From: an uncultured Gaiellales bacterium
Lineage (GTDB): Bacteria; Actinomycetota; Thermoleophilia; RBG-16-64-13
Assembly (NCBI GenBank): GCA_964631965.1
Contig: CAZWAR010000003.1
Coordinates: forward strand, 2,064-66,063
DNA length: 64,000 bases
Direction of reading: 5' to 3'
In this document: one piece after another, positions 39,696-49,274 of the stretch
Layout: every line of letters starts with the position of its first letter
Numbering within the stretch: the stretch's first letter is position 1
Program-made: the position numbers and the translations under genes
Notes under the pieces: model-generated
Told to the model about the DNA's origin: nothing
Database searches by the model: none
Seen by the model: only the letters and a program-made list of their open reading frames with translations

Positions 39696-40859
39696 TCACA
39701 GCCTCAGCGACCGTTCGATGCGGTCCACCGCCTCGGCGATGCGGTCGTCGGGAGTCGTGAGCGACAGGCGCACGAATCCCTCTCCGGCCGGACCGTATCC
39801 CCGCCCGGGGGTGATGACCACCGCGGCCTGCTCGAGCACGTGATCGCAGAAGCTCCCCGACGTGTAGCCCTCAGGCACAGGGATCCACATGTAGATCGTC
39901 CCTTTGAGACGCGGCACCGTCATCCCCACCGAAGTGAGAGCCTCGGCTAGGAGATCCCGGCGCCGCCGGTAGACCTCGCACATCTCGTGCACGAAGTCCC
40001 ACGGACCATTGAGGACGAAGGCGGACGTCTTCTGCAGGGCGTCGAACATCCCCGAGTCCATGTTGGTCTTCAGGCGCCACAAGTGTTCAAGGATCTCGTG
40101 GTTGCCCACGGCGAAGCCCGTCCGCCATCCCGTCATGTTGAAGGGCTTGGAGAAGCTGAAGAACTCCACCCCCACGTCCTTGGCTCCAGGCGTGGCCAGG
40201 AAGCTGGGGGCCACATACCCGTCGTACGTGAGCTCGGAGTATGCGTTGTCGTGGACGACCGCGATGTCGTACTTCTTCGCGAAGGCCACCACCCGAGCGA
40301 AGAAGTCGTCCTCCACTACCGCACCCGTCGGATTGTTCGGGTACCCGATGAACAGGACCTTGGCGCGCCGGGCGCCTTCCTCGCTTATCGCTTCCAGGTC
40401 CGGGAGGAAACCGCGCTCGGGCCCGAGTGGGAGGTTGCGCACCTCGGCGCCCGCCAGAATGGAGCCGCCGGAATACACCGGATAGCCTGGGTCGGGGACC
40501 AGAGCGAGGTCACCGGCGTCGAGCATCGCGAAGCAGATGTGGGCCAGGCCTTCTTTGGCGCCCAGCAGTGCCATGAACTCCCGGCTGGGATCGATGTCCA
40601 CCCCGAAGCGGCGTTTGTAGAAGGACGCAGCCGCGGCAGCGAAGTCGGGATGGCCCCAGTTGCTCGGGTACCGGTGATTTGCGGGATCGGCCACCTGCCG
40701 TTGCATCTCCTCCACTATGTACCCGGGGGTGGGCAGGTCGGGGTCGCCGATGCCCAGACTGATGACGTCGATACCCGCCGCGCGCTTCTCCGCGATCTTG
40801 CGCTCCGCCTCCGCGAAGAGATAGGGCGCCAGGTTGTCCATCCGGTGGGAGAATCGCAC
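39696..40859 (-). CDS. dapL: LL-diaminopimelate aminotransferase (class I/II PLP aminotransferase)
   Basis: 387 aa fold-type I aminotransferase (NPTGAV, SFSKPF). Adjacent to dapF, with dapB in the window. Confidence 0.6.
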   Translation of the reverse strand: MRFSHRMDNLAPYLFAEAERKIAEKRAAGIDVISLGIGDPDLPTPGYIVEEMQRQVADPANHRYPSNWGHPDFAAAAASFYKRRFGVDIDPSREFMALLGAKEGLAHICFAMLDAGDLALVPDPGYPVYSGGSILAGAEVRNLPLGPERGFLPDLEAISEEGARRAKVLFIGYPNNPTGAVVEDDFFARVVAFAKKYDIAVVHDNAYSELTYDGYVAPSFLATPGAKDVGVEFFSFSKPFNMTGWRTGFAVGNHEILEHLWRLKTNMDSGMFDALQKTSAFVLNGPWDFVHEMCEVYRRRRDLLAEALTSVGMTVPRLKGTIYMWIPVPEGYTSGSFCDHVLEQAAVVITPGRGYGPAGEGFVRLSLTTPDDRIAEAVDRIERSLRL

Positions 40860-40885
40860 GTCCGCCTCCTTGCTGTGCCGTAGGT

Positions 40886-41866
40886 TCAGTGCGCCGGCGG
40901 CGCCGGCCAGCCCAGCCGGCGCAGCAGATCGTCGCTCAACGTGCAGGTGAAGACCTCTTCGGCCGGTCCGGTCATGAAGACCCGCAGTCCGGTGCCGGCC
41001 GAATGGTCGCCGGATTCGCTCGGGTCACCCGGATCCGAGGCGGAATGATCAGTCGAACCGTTAGCAGCAGCACCGCCGGCCTCGTCCCCCACCTCGACGA
41101 CAAGGTCGCCGCCCGGAAGACGCACGGTCACCGGACTGGTGGCCAACCCGAGCCGTACTGCCGCCACGCCAACCGCAGTCGCTCCGGTGCCACATGCTTG
41201 CGTCTCCCCCACACCACGTTCCCACACCCGCATCCTCACCGACCCGTCGGGCTCCGGGCAGATGAACTCGACGTTTACCCGGTTCGGGAACAAGAGATGA
41301 CGTTCGATGGCAGGGCCGATCGCGGCCAGTGGGACCGCCGCCGGGTCGTCTACCACGATGATGCAGTGCGGGTTGCCCACGTCCACGAAGGTGAACCGGT
41401 AGGTGATGCCGGCGGCCTCAAGCGCCGCATCCACTACACCATCCTCGTAGCCGCCGCTGAGAACCGCCATGTCTATGCTGGCGCTCGCGAACCGGGCCCG
41501 ACCCATGTCCACTCTCACGAGCCCGCCCTCGAGGAGCCGGGGAGTGATGGGGCCCGCCAGCGTCTCCACCCTGAATTCAGACCCAGGAGAGACGATCCCA
41601 GCGGCCTCCAAGTAGCGTGCGAAGATGCGGATACCATTGCCGCACATCTCCGATTCACTCCCGTCGGGGTTGAAGATGCGCATGCGGCTCACGGCGTCGG
41701 GCACCGCTCCGGTGGGCCGGCAGCGAAGTAGGACGCCGTCCGCGCCGACGCCCCGATGCCGGTCGCAGAGAAGGACGACGGCGTCTGGCGTCAGCGGGTC
41801 GAGAAGGGAGGATTCCTCCACCACCAGGTAGTCGTTCCCCAGTCCATGCCACTTAGCCAGGTCCAT
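40886..41866 (-). CDS. dapF: Diaminopimelate epimerase
   Basis: MDLAKWHGLGNDYLVV and MCGNGIR motifs. Has a low-complexity Ser/Asp/Gly insertion near the C-terminus. Confidence 0.85.
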   Translation of the reverse strand: MDLAKWHGLGNDYLVVEESSLLDPLTPDAVVLLCDRHRGVGADGVLLRCRPTGAVPDAVSRMRIFNPDGSESEMCGNGIRIFARYLEAAGIVSPGSEFRVETLAGPITPRLLEGGLVRVDMGRARFASASIDMAVLSGGYEDGVVDAALEAAGITYRFTFVDVGNPHCIIVVDDPAAVPLAAIGPAIERHLLFPNRVNVEFICPEPDGSVRMRVWERGVGETQACGTGATAVGVAAVRLGLATSPVTVRLPGGDLVVEVGDEAGGAAANGSTDHSASDPGDPSESGDHSAGTGLRVFMTGPAEEVFTCTLSDDLLRRLGWPAPPAH

Positions 41867-41917
41867 CGATGTCGACGCTCCTCAGCGGTCCGTTGCGTCA
41901 GCGAGCGGGGCAGAAGC

Positions 41918-42838
41918 TCAGCCCCCGGCCAGATCCAGGATCTCGCGGGCCATGTCCTCCGGTTCCCTGTCTCGGACGTTCATCATAACAGCGTCCTTGA
42001 CCTTCCGTAGCCAGGTGAGCTGCCGTCTGGCGTAGCGCCTGGTAGCCGCCGCCATCTCTTCTGCGGCCTCCTCCCGCGACAACCTCCCGTCCAGGTATCC
42101 GCAGATCTCCGGGTACCCGATCGCACTCCGTATGCCGGACCCTCCAGGCAGGGTCGTCTCCGGGCCGCGAGCCTCGCGGAAGCGTCGCACCTCCTCGATA
42201 GCCCCCTCCTGCAGCATCCGCCCAACCCGCGCGTCGATACGCGGGTAGAGGATTTCACGATCCAGCGTCAGTCCCACCACGAGGGTGGGCCGCTCGTAGC
42301 GAGGGTTCCACAGATCGTCCCGTCCGGACCATCCCGCTCCCCCTACCAGCACTGCCTCCAGGGCCCGCACTACTCTCCTCGAGTTCCGCGGATCAACCGC
42401 TACGGCGGCAGCCGGATCGAGGCGGGCGAGTTCGGCGTGCAGCGCGCCGGGACCTTCGCCTGCTGCGCGCTCTTCGAGACGGGCCCGCACCTGGGCGTCA
42501 CCGGGGGCTACGGCCAGAGGAGCGACCGCCGCCCTCAGGTACAGTCCCGTACCGCCGGCCAGCAAGGCCACCCCGTGCGCAGCCACGTCTTCAGCGACGA
42601 GCGGCCGGGCACAGTCCGCGTACTGCGCGGCGGAGAAGGGTGCGAGCGGGTCGACGAAACCGACGAGCGCGTGCTGCGCTCCCTCCGTGTCCCGTAGCCG
42701 CGGCTGGTTCGTGAGCACCGGGAACCCCACGTAGACCTGCATCGAATCGCACGAGACGACCCGCACGCCGAGAGTGGTGGCAAGGGCGGTAGCCACTGCG
42801 GTCTTGCCGACCGCCGTTGGGCCGAGAAGGCCGATGAC
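41918..42838 (-). CDS. miaA: tRNA dimethylallyltransferase
   Basis: Start MVIGLLGPTAVGKT; VSCDSMQVY motif. Confidence 0.85.
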   Translation of the reverse strand, partial: VIGLLGPTAVGKTAVATALATTLGVRVVSCDSMQVYVGFPVLTNQPRLRDTEGAQHALVGFVDPLAPFSAAQYADCARPLVAEDVAAHGVALLAGGTGLYLRAAVAPLAVAPGDAQVRARLEERAAGEGPGALHAELARLDPAAAVAVDPRNSRRVVRALEAVLVGGAGWSGRDDLWNPRYERPTLVVGLTLDREILYPRIDARVGRMLQEGAIEEVRRFREARGPETTLPGGSGIRSAIGYPEICGYLDGRLSREEAAEEMAAATRRYARRQLTWLRKVKDAVMMNVRDREPEDMAREILDLAGG

Positions 42839-42951
42839 CATCCCGGCACCCGGCGCGGATCGGAGGCCGTCCGCTCTTTCTTGGCCTTGGAGACCGGGCG
42901 CCCGACCGGCCGCCGCCCGCGCAGACCCTCTGCCGGGGTCGGGACCGGCGC

Positions 42952-44304
42952 TCATGGCGCTTCCCGGCCCCGGAAGCTCGTGGATGTGGCCTCCAGAAGT
43001 TCCACCATGACGAGGTCCCCCGGAGCGGCCGTCGAAGAGAAGTTCACCGGTTTGTGCCCACGGGTACGCCCCATCACCTCTCCCGCGCCGTGGCGGCTGG
43101 TCCGTTCCACCAAGACCTCTACGATGCGGCCCAGCATTGCCTGATTGTGTTCCCGTCCCAGCCGCTGCACCAGGTCGACCAGACGCGTCATCCGCTCCTC
43201 GCCCACACCGGGAGCGAGGCGGCCGGGCAGCCCCGCAGCCGCCGTGCCGCGTCGCGGGGAGTAGATGAATGTGAAGGCCGCGTCGTACCTGCACTCTTCC
43301 ACCAGGGACAGCGTCTGCTCGAAATCAGCTTCCGTTTCACCGGGGAAACCGACTATCAGGTCGGTGGTGAGCGCCACTTCCGGTACCGCCCGACGCAGCC
43401 GCCCTACCAGGTCGAGATATCCGGCCCGGTCGTACCGCCGGTTCATCGCGGCCAGAACGCGGTCGCTCCCGGACTGCACCGGCAGATGGACGTGCTCGCA
43501 CACCGGGTTGTCTCCGGCAATAAGGGCTATCAGGGCGTCGGACATGTCTTTGGGGTGAGAGGTCATGAAGCGCACCCGGCGTATTCCCTCCACCTCGGAT
43601 GAAGCGTGGAGCAGATCGGCGAACGACTCCTTCCCTCGGAAGGCCGGTTCCTTACCGTAGGCGTTGACGTTCTGCCCGAGAAGCGTGATCTCCCGTACAC
43701 CGGAGGCCGCCAACTCCTCGATCTCGCTGACGATGTCCTCAGCGGGACGGGATGCTTCCGGCCCTCGCACGGAGGGCACGATGCAGTACGTACAGTGATT
43801 GCTGCAGCCCGCAACGACCTGCACCCAGGCAGATGGACCATCCACTCGCACGCGGGGCAGATCTGCGCTCCAGCGCGTCGTGGTCTCCGCAAAGGCGCCC
43901 ACAGCTCGCTCCCCCGCCCAGCGCCGCGCCAGCAGCCCAGGGAGTTCATGCAGGCTCTGCGGCCCCAGCAGGACGTCGACGAACGGGAACTCGCGGAAGA
44001 ACCCCTCCTTACGGCTCTGGGCAAGGCAGCCGGCCACCACCACCAATCGAGACGGCCGCTCCCTCTTCAGGCGGGCGGCATCCCCCAGATGGCCGGCGAG
44101 CCGGGTATCGGCCTTCTCCCGTATGGAGCAGGTGTTGTAGAGAAGAAGGTCGGCGTCCCTGGGCGTGGCGGCCGCCTTCATACCCATTTCTTCGAGCAAG
44201 CCAGCGATGCGCTCCGAATCGTGCTCGTTCATCTGACAGCCGAAAGTGCGCAGAAAGTAGAGGCGAGGAGCTGCGTAGCCGGTCCCGCTCATCACTCTCT
44301 CCAT
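42952..44304 (-). CDS. miaB: tRNA-2-methylthio-N6-dimethylallyladenosine synthase
   Basis: 450 aa with an MTTase N-terminus (FGCQMNEHDSE), a radical-SAM CSNHCTYC motif and a TRAM domain. Confidence 0.85.
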   Translation of the reverse strand: MERVMSGTGYAAPRLYFLRTFGCQMNEHDSERIAGLLEEMGMKAAATPRDADLLLYNTCSIREKADTRLAGHLGDAARLKRERPSRLVVVAGCLAQSRKEGFFREFPFVDVLLGPQSLHELPGLLARRWAGERAVGAFAETTTRWSADLPRVRVDGPSAWVQVVAGCSNHCTYCIVPSVRGPEASRPAEDIVSEIEELAASGVREITLLGQNVNAYGKEPAFRGKESFADLLHASSEVEGIRRVRFMTSHPKDMSDALIALIAGDNPVCEHVHLPVQSGSDRVLAAMNRRYDRAGYLDLVGRLRRAVPEVALTTDLIVGFPGETEADFEQTLSLVEECRYDAAFTFIYSPRRGTAAAGLPGRLAPGVGEERMTRLVDLVQRLGREHNQAMLGRIVEVLVERTSRHGAGEVMGRTRGHKPVNFSSTAAPGDLVMVELLEATSTSFRGREAP

Positions 44305-44369
44305 GTCTCTGATTCGCCTCTCGAAAGATGGCCACCCGAGCGGCGAGGCCTTGCGGGCGGCTCCGACCC

Positions 44370-45911
44370 CTACTTGGCGTAGTCGACGGCGCGGCTCTCG
44401 CGGATGACGGTCACGCGGATGGTACCTGGGTAGTCGAGTTCCTGCTCGATCTCTTTCGCTATCTCGCGGCAGAGCAGACCGGCGGCCTGGTCGTCCACCT
44501 CATCCGGCTTGACCAGCACGCGGATCTCCCGGCCCGCCTGGATGGCGTAGCTCTTCTCCACCCCCGGCCTATTCTCCGCGATGCGCTCGAGGGACTCCAG
44601 CCGCTTGATGTAGGTCTCCAGGGTCTCGCGTCGGGCACCCGGCCGAGCCCCGCTCACCGCGTCTCCCGCGGCCACGAGCACGGCCTCGACGGTCTGCGGT
44701 TCCACCTCGGCATGATGGCTCTCGATGACGTGCACAACCATCTCGGATTCCCCATACCGACGCGCGAGGTTGGCTCCGATGGCGGCGTGGGATCCCTCCA
44801 CCTCGTGGTCGACGGCTTTACCCAGGTCGTGCAGCAATCCGGCCCGCTTGGCCAGCTTGGCGTTGACCCCCAGTTCGTTCGCCATGAGTCCGGCGAGGTG
44901 AGCCACCTCGAGCGAGTGCATCAGCACATTCTGCCCGTAGCTCGTGCGGAACTTCAGGCGGCCGAGCAGACGAAGGAGTTCGGGGGCCAGCCCATGAACG
45001 TTGGCGTCGAGCACAGCCTGCTCGCCCGCATCCTGGATCTCCTTCTCCACCTCATCGCGAGCCTTGGAGTACATCTCCTCGATCTTCGCGGGGTGGATGC
45101 GCCCGTCGGCGACCAGCTTCGAAAGAGTCAGCCGGGCTATCTCCCGACGGACTGTGTCGAAGCCTGACAGGACGACCGCTTCCGGCGTGTCGTCGATGAT
45201 GAAGTCGATACCGGTAAGGTTCTCGAGCGTGCGGATGTTGCGCCCCTCCCGCCCGATGATTCGGCCCTTCATGTCGTCGGACGGCAGCGGAACCACCGAC
45301 ACCGTGGTGTCGGCGACGTGGCTGGCGGCGGTCCGCTGAATGCATGTGGAGAGGATGTCTCGGGCCCGGCGGTCACCTTCGTGCCGCGCCTCCTCCTCGA
45401 TGGACCTGACCATCTTGGCCATGTCGTGCCGGACCTCATCCTCCGTGCGCTTGAGGATGATCTCCGCAGCCTGGTCTCTCGTCATCCCCGAGATCTCCTC
45501 GAGTTGGCGCTGCTGCTCCGTCCGGGCCGCCTCGGCCTCCTCCAGCACCCGGCGGTAGTGCACCTCCCTGTCGCTGACCGACTGTTCGCGTCGGGACAGG
45601 TCCTTCTGCATCTCGTCGATGCCCTCTTCCCGGTTCAACAGCCTGTTCTCCAGCTGCACCAGCTCCTGGCGGCGTTCTTTGATCTCCGCCTCAGCCTGGG
45701 TACGCAGCTGGTGCATCTCATCCTTGAGTTCCACCCGAGCTTCGCGCTGTATCGCGTCAGCCTGCCGCTGCGCATCCTGAACGATGCTCTCCGCAGCCTT
45801 CTCGGCGGAATTGATCTTCGCTTCTCCCACGTATTTGCGAGCCAGGAAGCCCGCCACCACCCCGATGATCGCTACCACTAGGACCACAGCGATCCACACG
45901 CCAGTCATCAT
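44370..45911 (-). CDS. rny: Ribonuclease Y
   Basis: 513 aa with an N-terminal TM helix, coiled coil, KH domain and HD domain (SLEVAHLAG...LLHDLGKA). Confidence 0.9.
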   Translation of the reverse strand: MMTGVWIAVVLVVAIIGVVAGFLARKYVGEAKINSAEKAAESIVQDAQRQADAIQREARVELKDEMHQLRTQAEAEIKERRQELVQLENRLLNREEGIDEMQKDLSRREQSVSDREVHYRRVLEEAEAARTEQQRQLEEISGMTRDQAAEIILKRTEDEVRHDMAKMVRSIEEEARHEGDRRARDILSTCIQRTAASHVADTTVSVVPLPSDDMKGRIIGREGRNIRTLENLTGIDFIIDDTPEAVVLSGFDTVRREIARLTLSKLVADGRIHPAKIEEMYSKARDEVEKEIQDAGEQAVLDANVHGLAPELLRLLGRLKFRTSYGQNVLMHSLEVAHLAGLMANELGVNAKLAKRAGLLHDLGKAVDHEVEGSHAAIGANLARRYGESEMVVHVIESHHAEVEPQTVEAVLVAAGDAVSGARPGARRETLETYIKRLESLERIAENRPGVEKSYAIQAGREIRVLVKPDEVDDQAAGLLCREIAKEIEQELDYPGTIRVTVIRESRAVDYAK

Positions 45912-45986
45912 CTCTTCATCACCATTCCAGTCCGCACGTGCGATTCAATTCACATATCAGGTGTGCGAAGATCGTTCGTGGACATG

Positions 45987-46010
45987 AAAAAAGCCGAACT
46001 CACGTCCGGC
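45987..46010 (-). terminator. Rho-independent terminator (hairpin GCCGGAC-GUGA-GUUCGGC followed by UUUUUU)
   Basis: Read directly on the minus strand. Confidence 0.7.
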
Positions 46011-46217
46011 CGATACAATCCAAACAGGTGACCTCGCCCTACAGAGGAGCAGCCCTTACCGGCGAGTCGGCCGCCTCTACCAGCAGACCCCCGCACGGTT
46101 ATGTTCCCCGCAATCTAAGTCTTCGGCTCCGACGCTTCGCCGGATACGCCGACTTACAGAGCAATCTATAGCCAAACGGCAAGGTCGCGCGCTACCGCTA
46201 TCGACCGATCATCACAC
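45987..46217 (-). ncRNA. Candidate ~230-nt non-coding transcript between recX and rny (promoter to intrinsic terminator)
   Basis: Bounded by a TTGACA-N17-TAAACT promoter and a hairpin+U6 terminator. No ORF of 60 aa or more lies on this strand. Predicted closing stem UCGGUCGAUA/UAUCGGCCGG. Confidence 0.45.
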
Positions 46218-46224
46218 TCAGCGG

Positions 46225-46253
46225 AGTTTACGTGTACAGAGATAAAGTGTCAA
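46225..46253 (-). promoter_or_regulatory. Sigma-70-type promoter (-35 TTGACA, 17-nt spacer, -10 TAAACT)
   Basis: Minus-strand ttgacactttatctctgtacacgtaaact. The -35 overlaps the recX stop codon. Confidence 0.55.
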
Positions 46254-46990
46254 GGAATGCTGGGGGATTCTGGCTCGGAGTCGGTCTCCCTGCGCATCTG
46301 CGCCACCACCCGGTCGATGGTATCCCAGTCGTAGCCACGCCTGGCTAGGAACCCCGACAGCCTTCGCTGGGCGCCCTGAGGATCGGAAAGGAACTCTCCG
46401 CCGAACCGTCGGCGAATGGTCTTCTCGAGAGCATCCGGCAGAGCATGGTCTTCCGGCAAGCGGTCCTCGGCGTCTTCCGCCGCACGAGAAGCTCCCTTAC
46501 AGGCCGCCAGTACCTCTTCTACGACCGGACGTTCTACCCCCCTGCCGACCAGTTCCCCACGGATCTTCCGCGGGCCCCATCCGCTCCGCTCCTTCTCCGC
46601 GGCGTATGCGGCTGCGAACCGGCGGTCGTCGAGGTATCCCAGCCTGACCAGCCATTCGACCGTGCTGCCCACCTCGTCCGCATGGAAGCCCTCTCTGTGA
46701 AGCCGCGTCTCCACTTCCCTGACCGAGCGATCCCGCACACTCAGAAGACGGAGTGCCTGCTCCCGAGCCCTGTACGGCCCGTCCTGCTCGATGAGGTCCT
46801 CCTGTTGCTCGACGGTGAGGATGGCGCCGGCGCGCAGCCCGGCGCGATCGGCGACCTCGACCGCCAGGTCGAAGGCCCTCCGTCCGTCGAGGTGGACTGC
46901 GACTCGCTCGCCCCGACCGCGCCGGGCCACGAGGGCCGTGACCTCACCCTCACGCAGGAGTAGAGGTCCTTTCCGTCTGGAGACCTCCAC
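46250..46990 (-). CDS. recX: Recombination regulator RecX
   Basis: 246 aa with RecX three-helix repeats; immediately downstream of recA. Confidence 0.85.
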   Translation of the reverse strand: MEVSRRKGPLLLREGEVTALVARRGRGERVAVHLDGRRAFDLAVEVADRAGLRAGAILTVEQQEDLIEQDGPYRAREQALRLLSVRDRSVREVETRLHREGFHADEVGSTVEWLVRLGYLDDRRFAAAYAAEKERSGWGPRKIRGELVGRGVERPVVEEVLAACKGASRAAEDAEDRLPEDHALPDALEKTIRRRFGGEFLSDPQGAQRRLSGFLARRGYDWDTIDRVVAQMRRETDSEPESPSIP

Positions 46991-47002
46991 CAGACCCTCT
47001 GG

Positions 47003-48076
47003 CTAGTCGGCCGCGGTGTCCGCTGCCGCCTCGGCCTCCGTCGGCCCGGCATCACCGGCAGCCGCCCGGGCACGGGCGCCGTCGCCCTCGGCCCATTCAG
47101 GGTTCACCGCGTCGATGACCTCGCGCCGTAGTTGGGCCACCAGTTCCTGGTTGTCGCGGAGGAACTGCCGCACGTTCTCCCGACCCTGACCGAGACGCTG
47201 GTCCCCGTAGGAGAACCAGGCGCCGCTCTTCTGCACGATCTTGTTCTCGACTGCCAGGTCGAGCACATCCCCTTCGGAGGAGATGCCCACTCCGTACATG
47301 ATGTCGAACTCCGCCTCTTTGAACGGCGGCGCCACCTTGTTCTTGACCACCCGCACCCGCACTCGGTTGCCCACGGCCTCCGTGCCCTCCTTCAAGGTCT
47401 CGATGCGGCGGATATCCAGACGAACCGAGGCGTAGAACTTGAGCGCCCGACCGCCCGGCGTGACCTCCGGGTTGCCGAACATGACCCCCACCTTCTCGCG
47501 GAGTTGGTTGATGAACACGGCTGTGGTCTGGGTCTTGCTGATCGTCCCGGCCAGCTTGCGCAGAGCCTGGCTCATGAGGCGGGCCTGAAGACCGACGTGG
47601 GAGTCACCCATCTCGCCTTCGAGCTCCGCCCGGGGCGTAAGCGCCGCGACTGAGTCGATGACCACGATGTCCAAAGCGCCGCTGCGGATAAGAAGCTCGG
47701 CGATCTCCAGAGCCTGCTCCCCGTTGTCGGGTTGCGACACCAGCAGCTCGTCGATGTTGACCCCGATCTTGCGTGCGTAGGCGGAGTCCATAGCGTGCTC
47801 GGCGTCGATGAACGCTGCTTTGCCCCCGGCCCTCTGGGCCTCAGCGATCATGTGAAGGGCGAGCGTGGTCTTGCCGCTCGATTCCGGACCGAATATCTCC
47901 ACCACTCGGCCGCGTGGCACCCCGCCCACTCCCAGAGCCAGGTCGAGCCCCAGCGAACCGGTGGAGATGGCCGGTACCTTCAGCACCGCTTCGTCACCCA
48001 GCCGCATGATGGACCCCTTGCCATACTGTCGCTCTATCTGCAGAACGGCCATTTCCAAGGCCTTGTCCTTTTCCAC
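47003..48076 (-). CDS. recA: Recombinase A
   Basis: 357 aa with [12 protein letters not shown] Walker A and full RecA core conservation. Confidence 0.97.
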   Translation of the reverse strand: MEKDKALEMAVLQIERQYGKGSIMRLGDEAVLKVPAISTGSLGLDLALGVGGVPRGRVVEIFGPESSGKTTLALHMIAEAQRAGGKAAFIDAEHAMDSAYARKIGVNIDELLVSQPDNGEQALEIAELLIRSGALDIVVIDSVAALTPRAELEGEMGDSHVGLQARLMSQALRKLAGTISKTQTTAVFINQLREKVGVMFGNPEVTPGGRALKFYASVRLDIRRIETLKEGTEAVGNRVRVRVVKNKVAPPFKEAEFDIMYGVGISSEGDVLDLAVENKIVQKSGAWFSYGDQRLGQGRENVRQFLRDNQELVAQLRREVIDAVNPEWAEGDGARARAAAGDAGPTEAEAAADTAAD

Positions 48077-48085
48077 CGGTGCCTC

Positions 48086-48667
48086 CTATGCCCCGTCACT
48101 ATCGCCGGCAGACAGGGTCCGCCGGCAGACGACCGTGTACACTGCTCCCTCACGCCTCAACTCACTCCGGTAGAGGCAGACCGACTGTACCGCAAACCTC
48201 GCGGCCTCGCTCTCATACTTTGGCCCCACCGGACCCGGCACCCGCAGACGGGCGATTGTCAAATGCGGCCTAAAGGGTCTTTTCTCCCGCTGCATGACTC
48301 CCTCGGCTTCGAGACCCTCCATGACCCTCTCGAACACTGTTTGGAAGACCCCGTGTTGATCGGCCACCTCGAGGGTCACAACTCGCGTTCGCGACGGCGA
48401 GGGCAGGAGCAGGAACCCGGCAAGGGTGGCCTCTCCGCCCAGCCCCACCGGCAGCCTTTCCACCACCTCCCGAGCCAGGACCGCCTTTGTGGCATCCACC
48501 TCACCGGCAAAGGCCAGCGTCACGTGCCACTGCTCAGCCGGCAGCAATCGCAGTCCACGAACGCGGGGCAAGGCCTCCTGCGCCCGGCGAACCACTCCCT
48601 CCAGTTCCCGCGGAAGAGGGACCGCGACGAAAAGCCTCTGTGTCTCCCCTCCCTCCGCCGCTGCCAT
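48086..48667 (-). CDS. thpR: RNA 2',3'-cyclic phosphodiesterase (2H phosphoesterase, ThpR/LigT)
   Basis: Two H-x-T-x motifs (HVTLAF, HLTIARL). Confidence 0.8.
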   Translation of the reverse strand: MAAAEGGETQRLFVAVPLPRELEGVVRRAQEALPRVRGLRLLPAEQWHVTLAFAGEVDATKAVLAREVVERLPVGLGGEATLAGFLLLPSPSRTRVVTLEVADQHGVFQTVFERVMEGLEAEGVMQREKRPFRPHLTIARLRVPGPVGPKYESEAARFAVQSVCLYRSELRREGAVYTVVCRRTLSAGDSDGA

Positions 48668-48695
48668 GGTCCCACTCCTTACCTACCGTCTACCC

Positions 48696-49274
48696 CTATT
48701 CGTGCCCCTTCTGAAGAGCGTGCACGAAGTAATCCACACCGCTGACCACCGTCAGCACGAGCATCATCACCACCCGATAACGGCTTATGGGCCACCCGAA
48801 CAACGTCCACTCCGGTTTGATCCAGCGCGGCTCGATGATGAGGAACGCGATGGCCAGCATCTGGCTCGCAGTCTTCGCCTTGCCCCACTTGCTCGCCGGT
48901 ATGACCGTGCCCTCCGCGGCCGCCACCATCCGCAGGCCCGTGACTGCGAACTCGCGGCCTATCACTACCATAGCAACCCAGGCGGACAGACGGCCGAGTT
49001 CGATGAGCGAGACCAACGCTGCCGTAACGAGCAGTTTGTCAGCCAACGGATCGAGGAACGTCCCCAGCCGCGTGGTCTGACGAAAACGCCTGGCCAGATA
49101 TCCGTCCAGAGAATCGCTCGCCGCCGCGAGCACGAACACCGCAAGGGCAAGCAGATCGCCGTAGGGTAGGTCCACGAGCAGAAACGCCATCAGAACCGGG
49201 ACCAGCACCACGCGGAAGAAGGTGATGGCATTGGGGACGTTCCACGTCACGCCCGGCTCCCTCCTCCGGCCCAC
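48696..49274 (-). CDS. pgsA: CDP-diacylglycerol--glycerol-3-phosphate 3-phosphatidyltransferase
   Basis: CDP-alcohol phosphatidyltransferase motif DSLDGYLAR...GTFLDPLADK. Confidence 0.9.
   Translation of the reverse strand: MGRRREPGVTWNVPNAITFFRVVLVPVLMAFLLVDLPYGDLLALAVFVLAAASDSLDGYLARRFRQTTRLGTFLDPLADKLLVTAALVSLIELGRLSAWVAMVVIGREFAVTGLRMVAAAEGTVIPASKWGKAKTASQMLAIAFLIIEPRWIKPEWTLFGWPISRYRVVMMLVLTVVSGVDYFVHALQKGHE

Noticed and set aside
45987-46217. Identification of the recX-rny intergenic transcript as SRP RNA, 6S RNA, tmRNA or RNase P RNA
   Set aside because: A CGCCGGUAAGGGCUGCUCC segment superficially resembles SRP domain IV but lacks the GGAA tetraloop/AGCAG symmetric-loop signature. 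There is no tmRNA tag ORF, no RNase P P4 motif and no 6S-like central bubble, so it is left unassigned.
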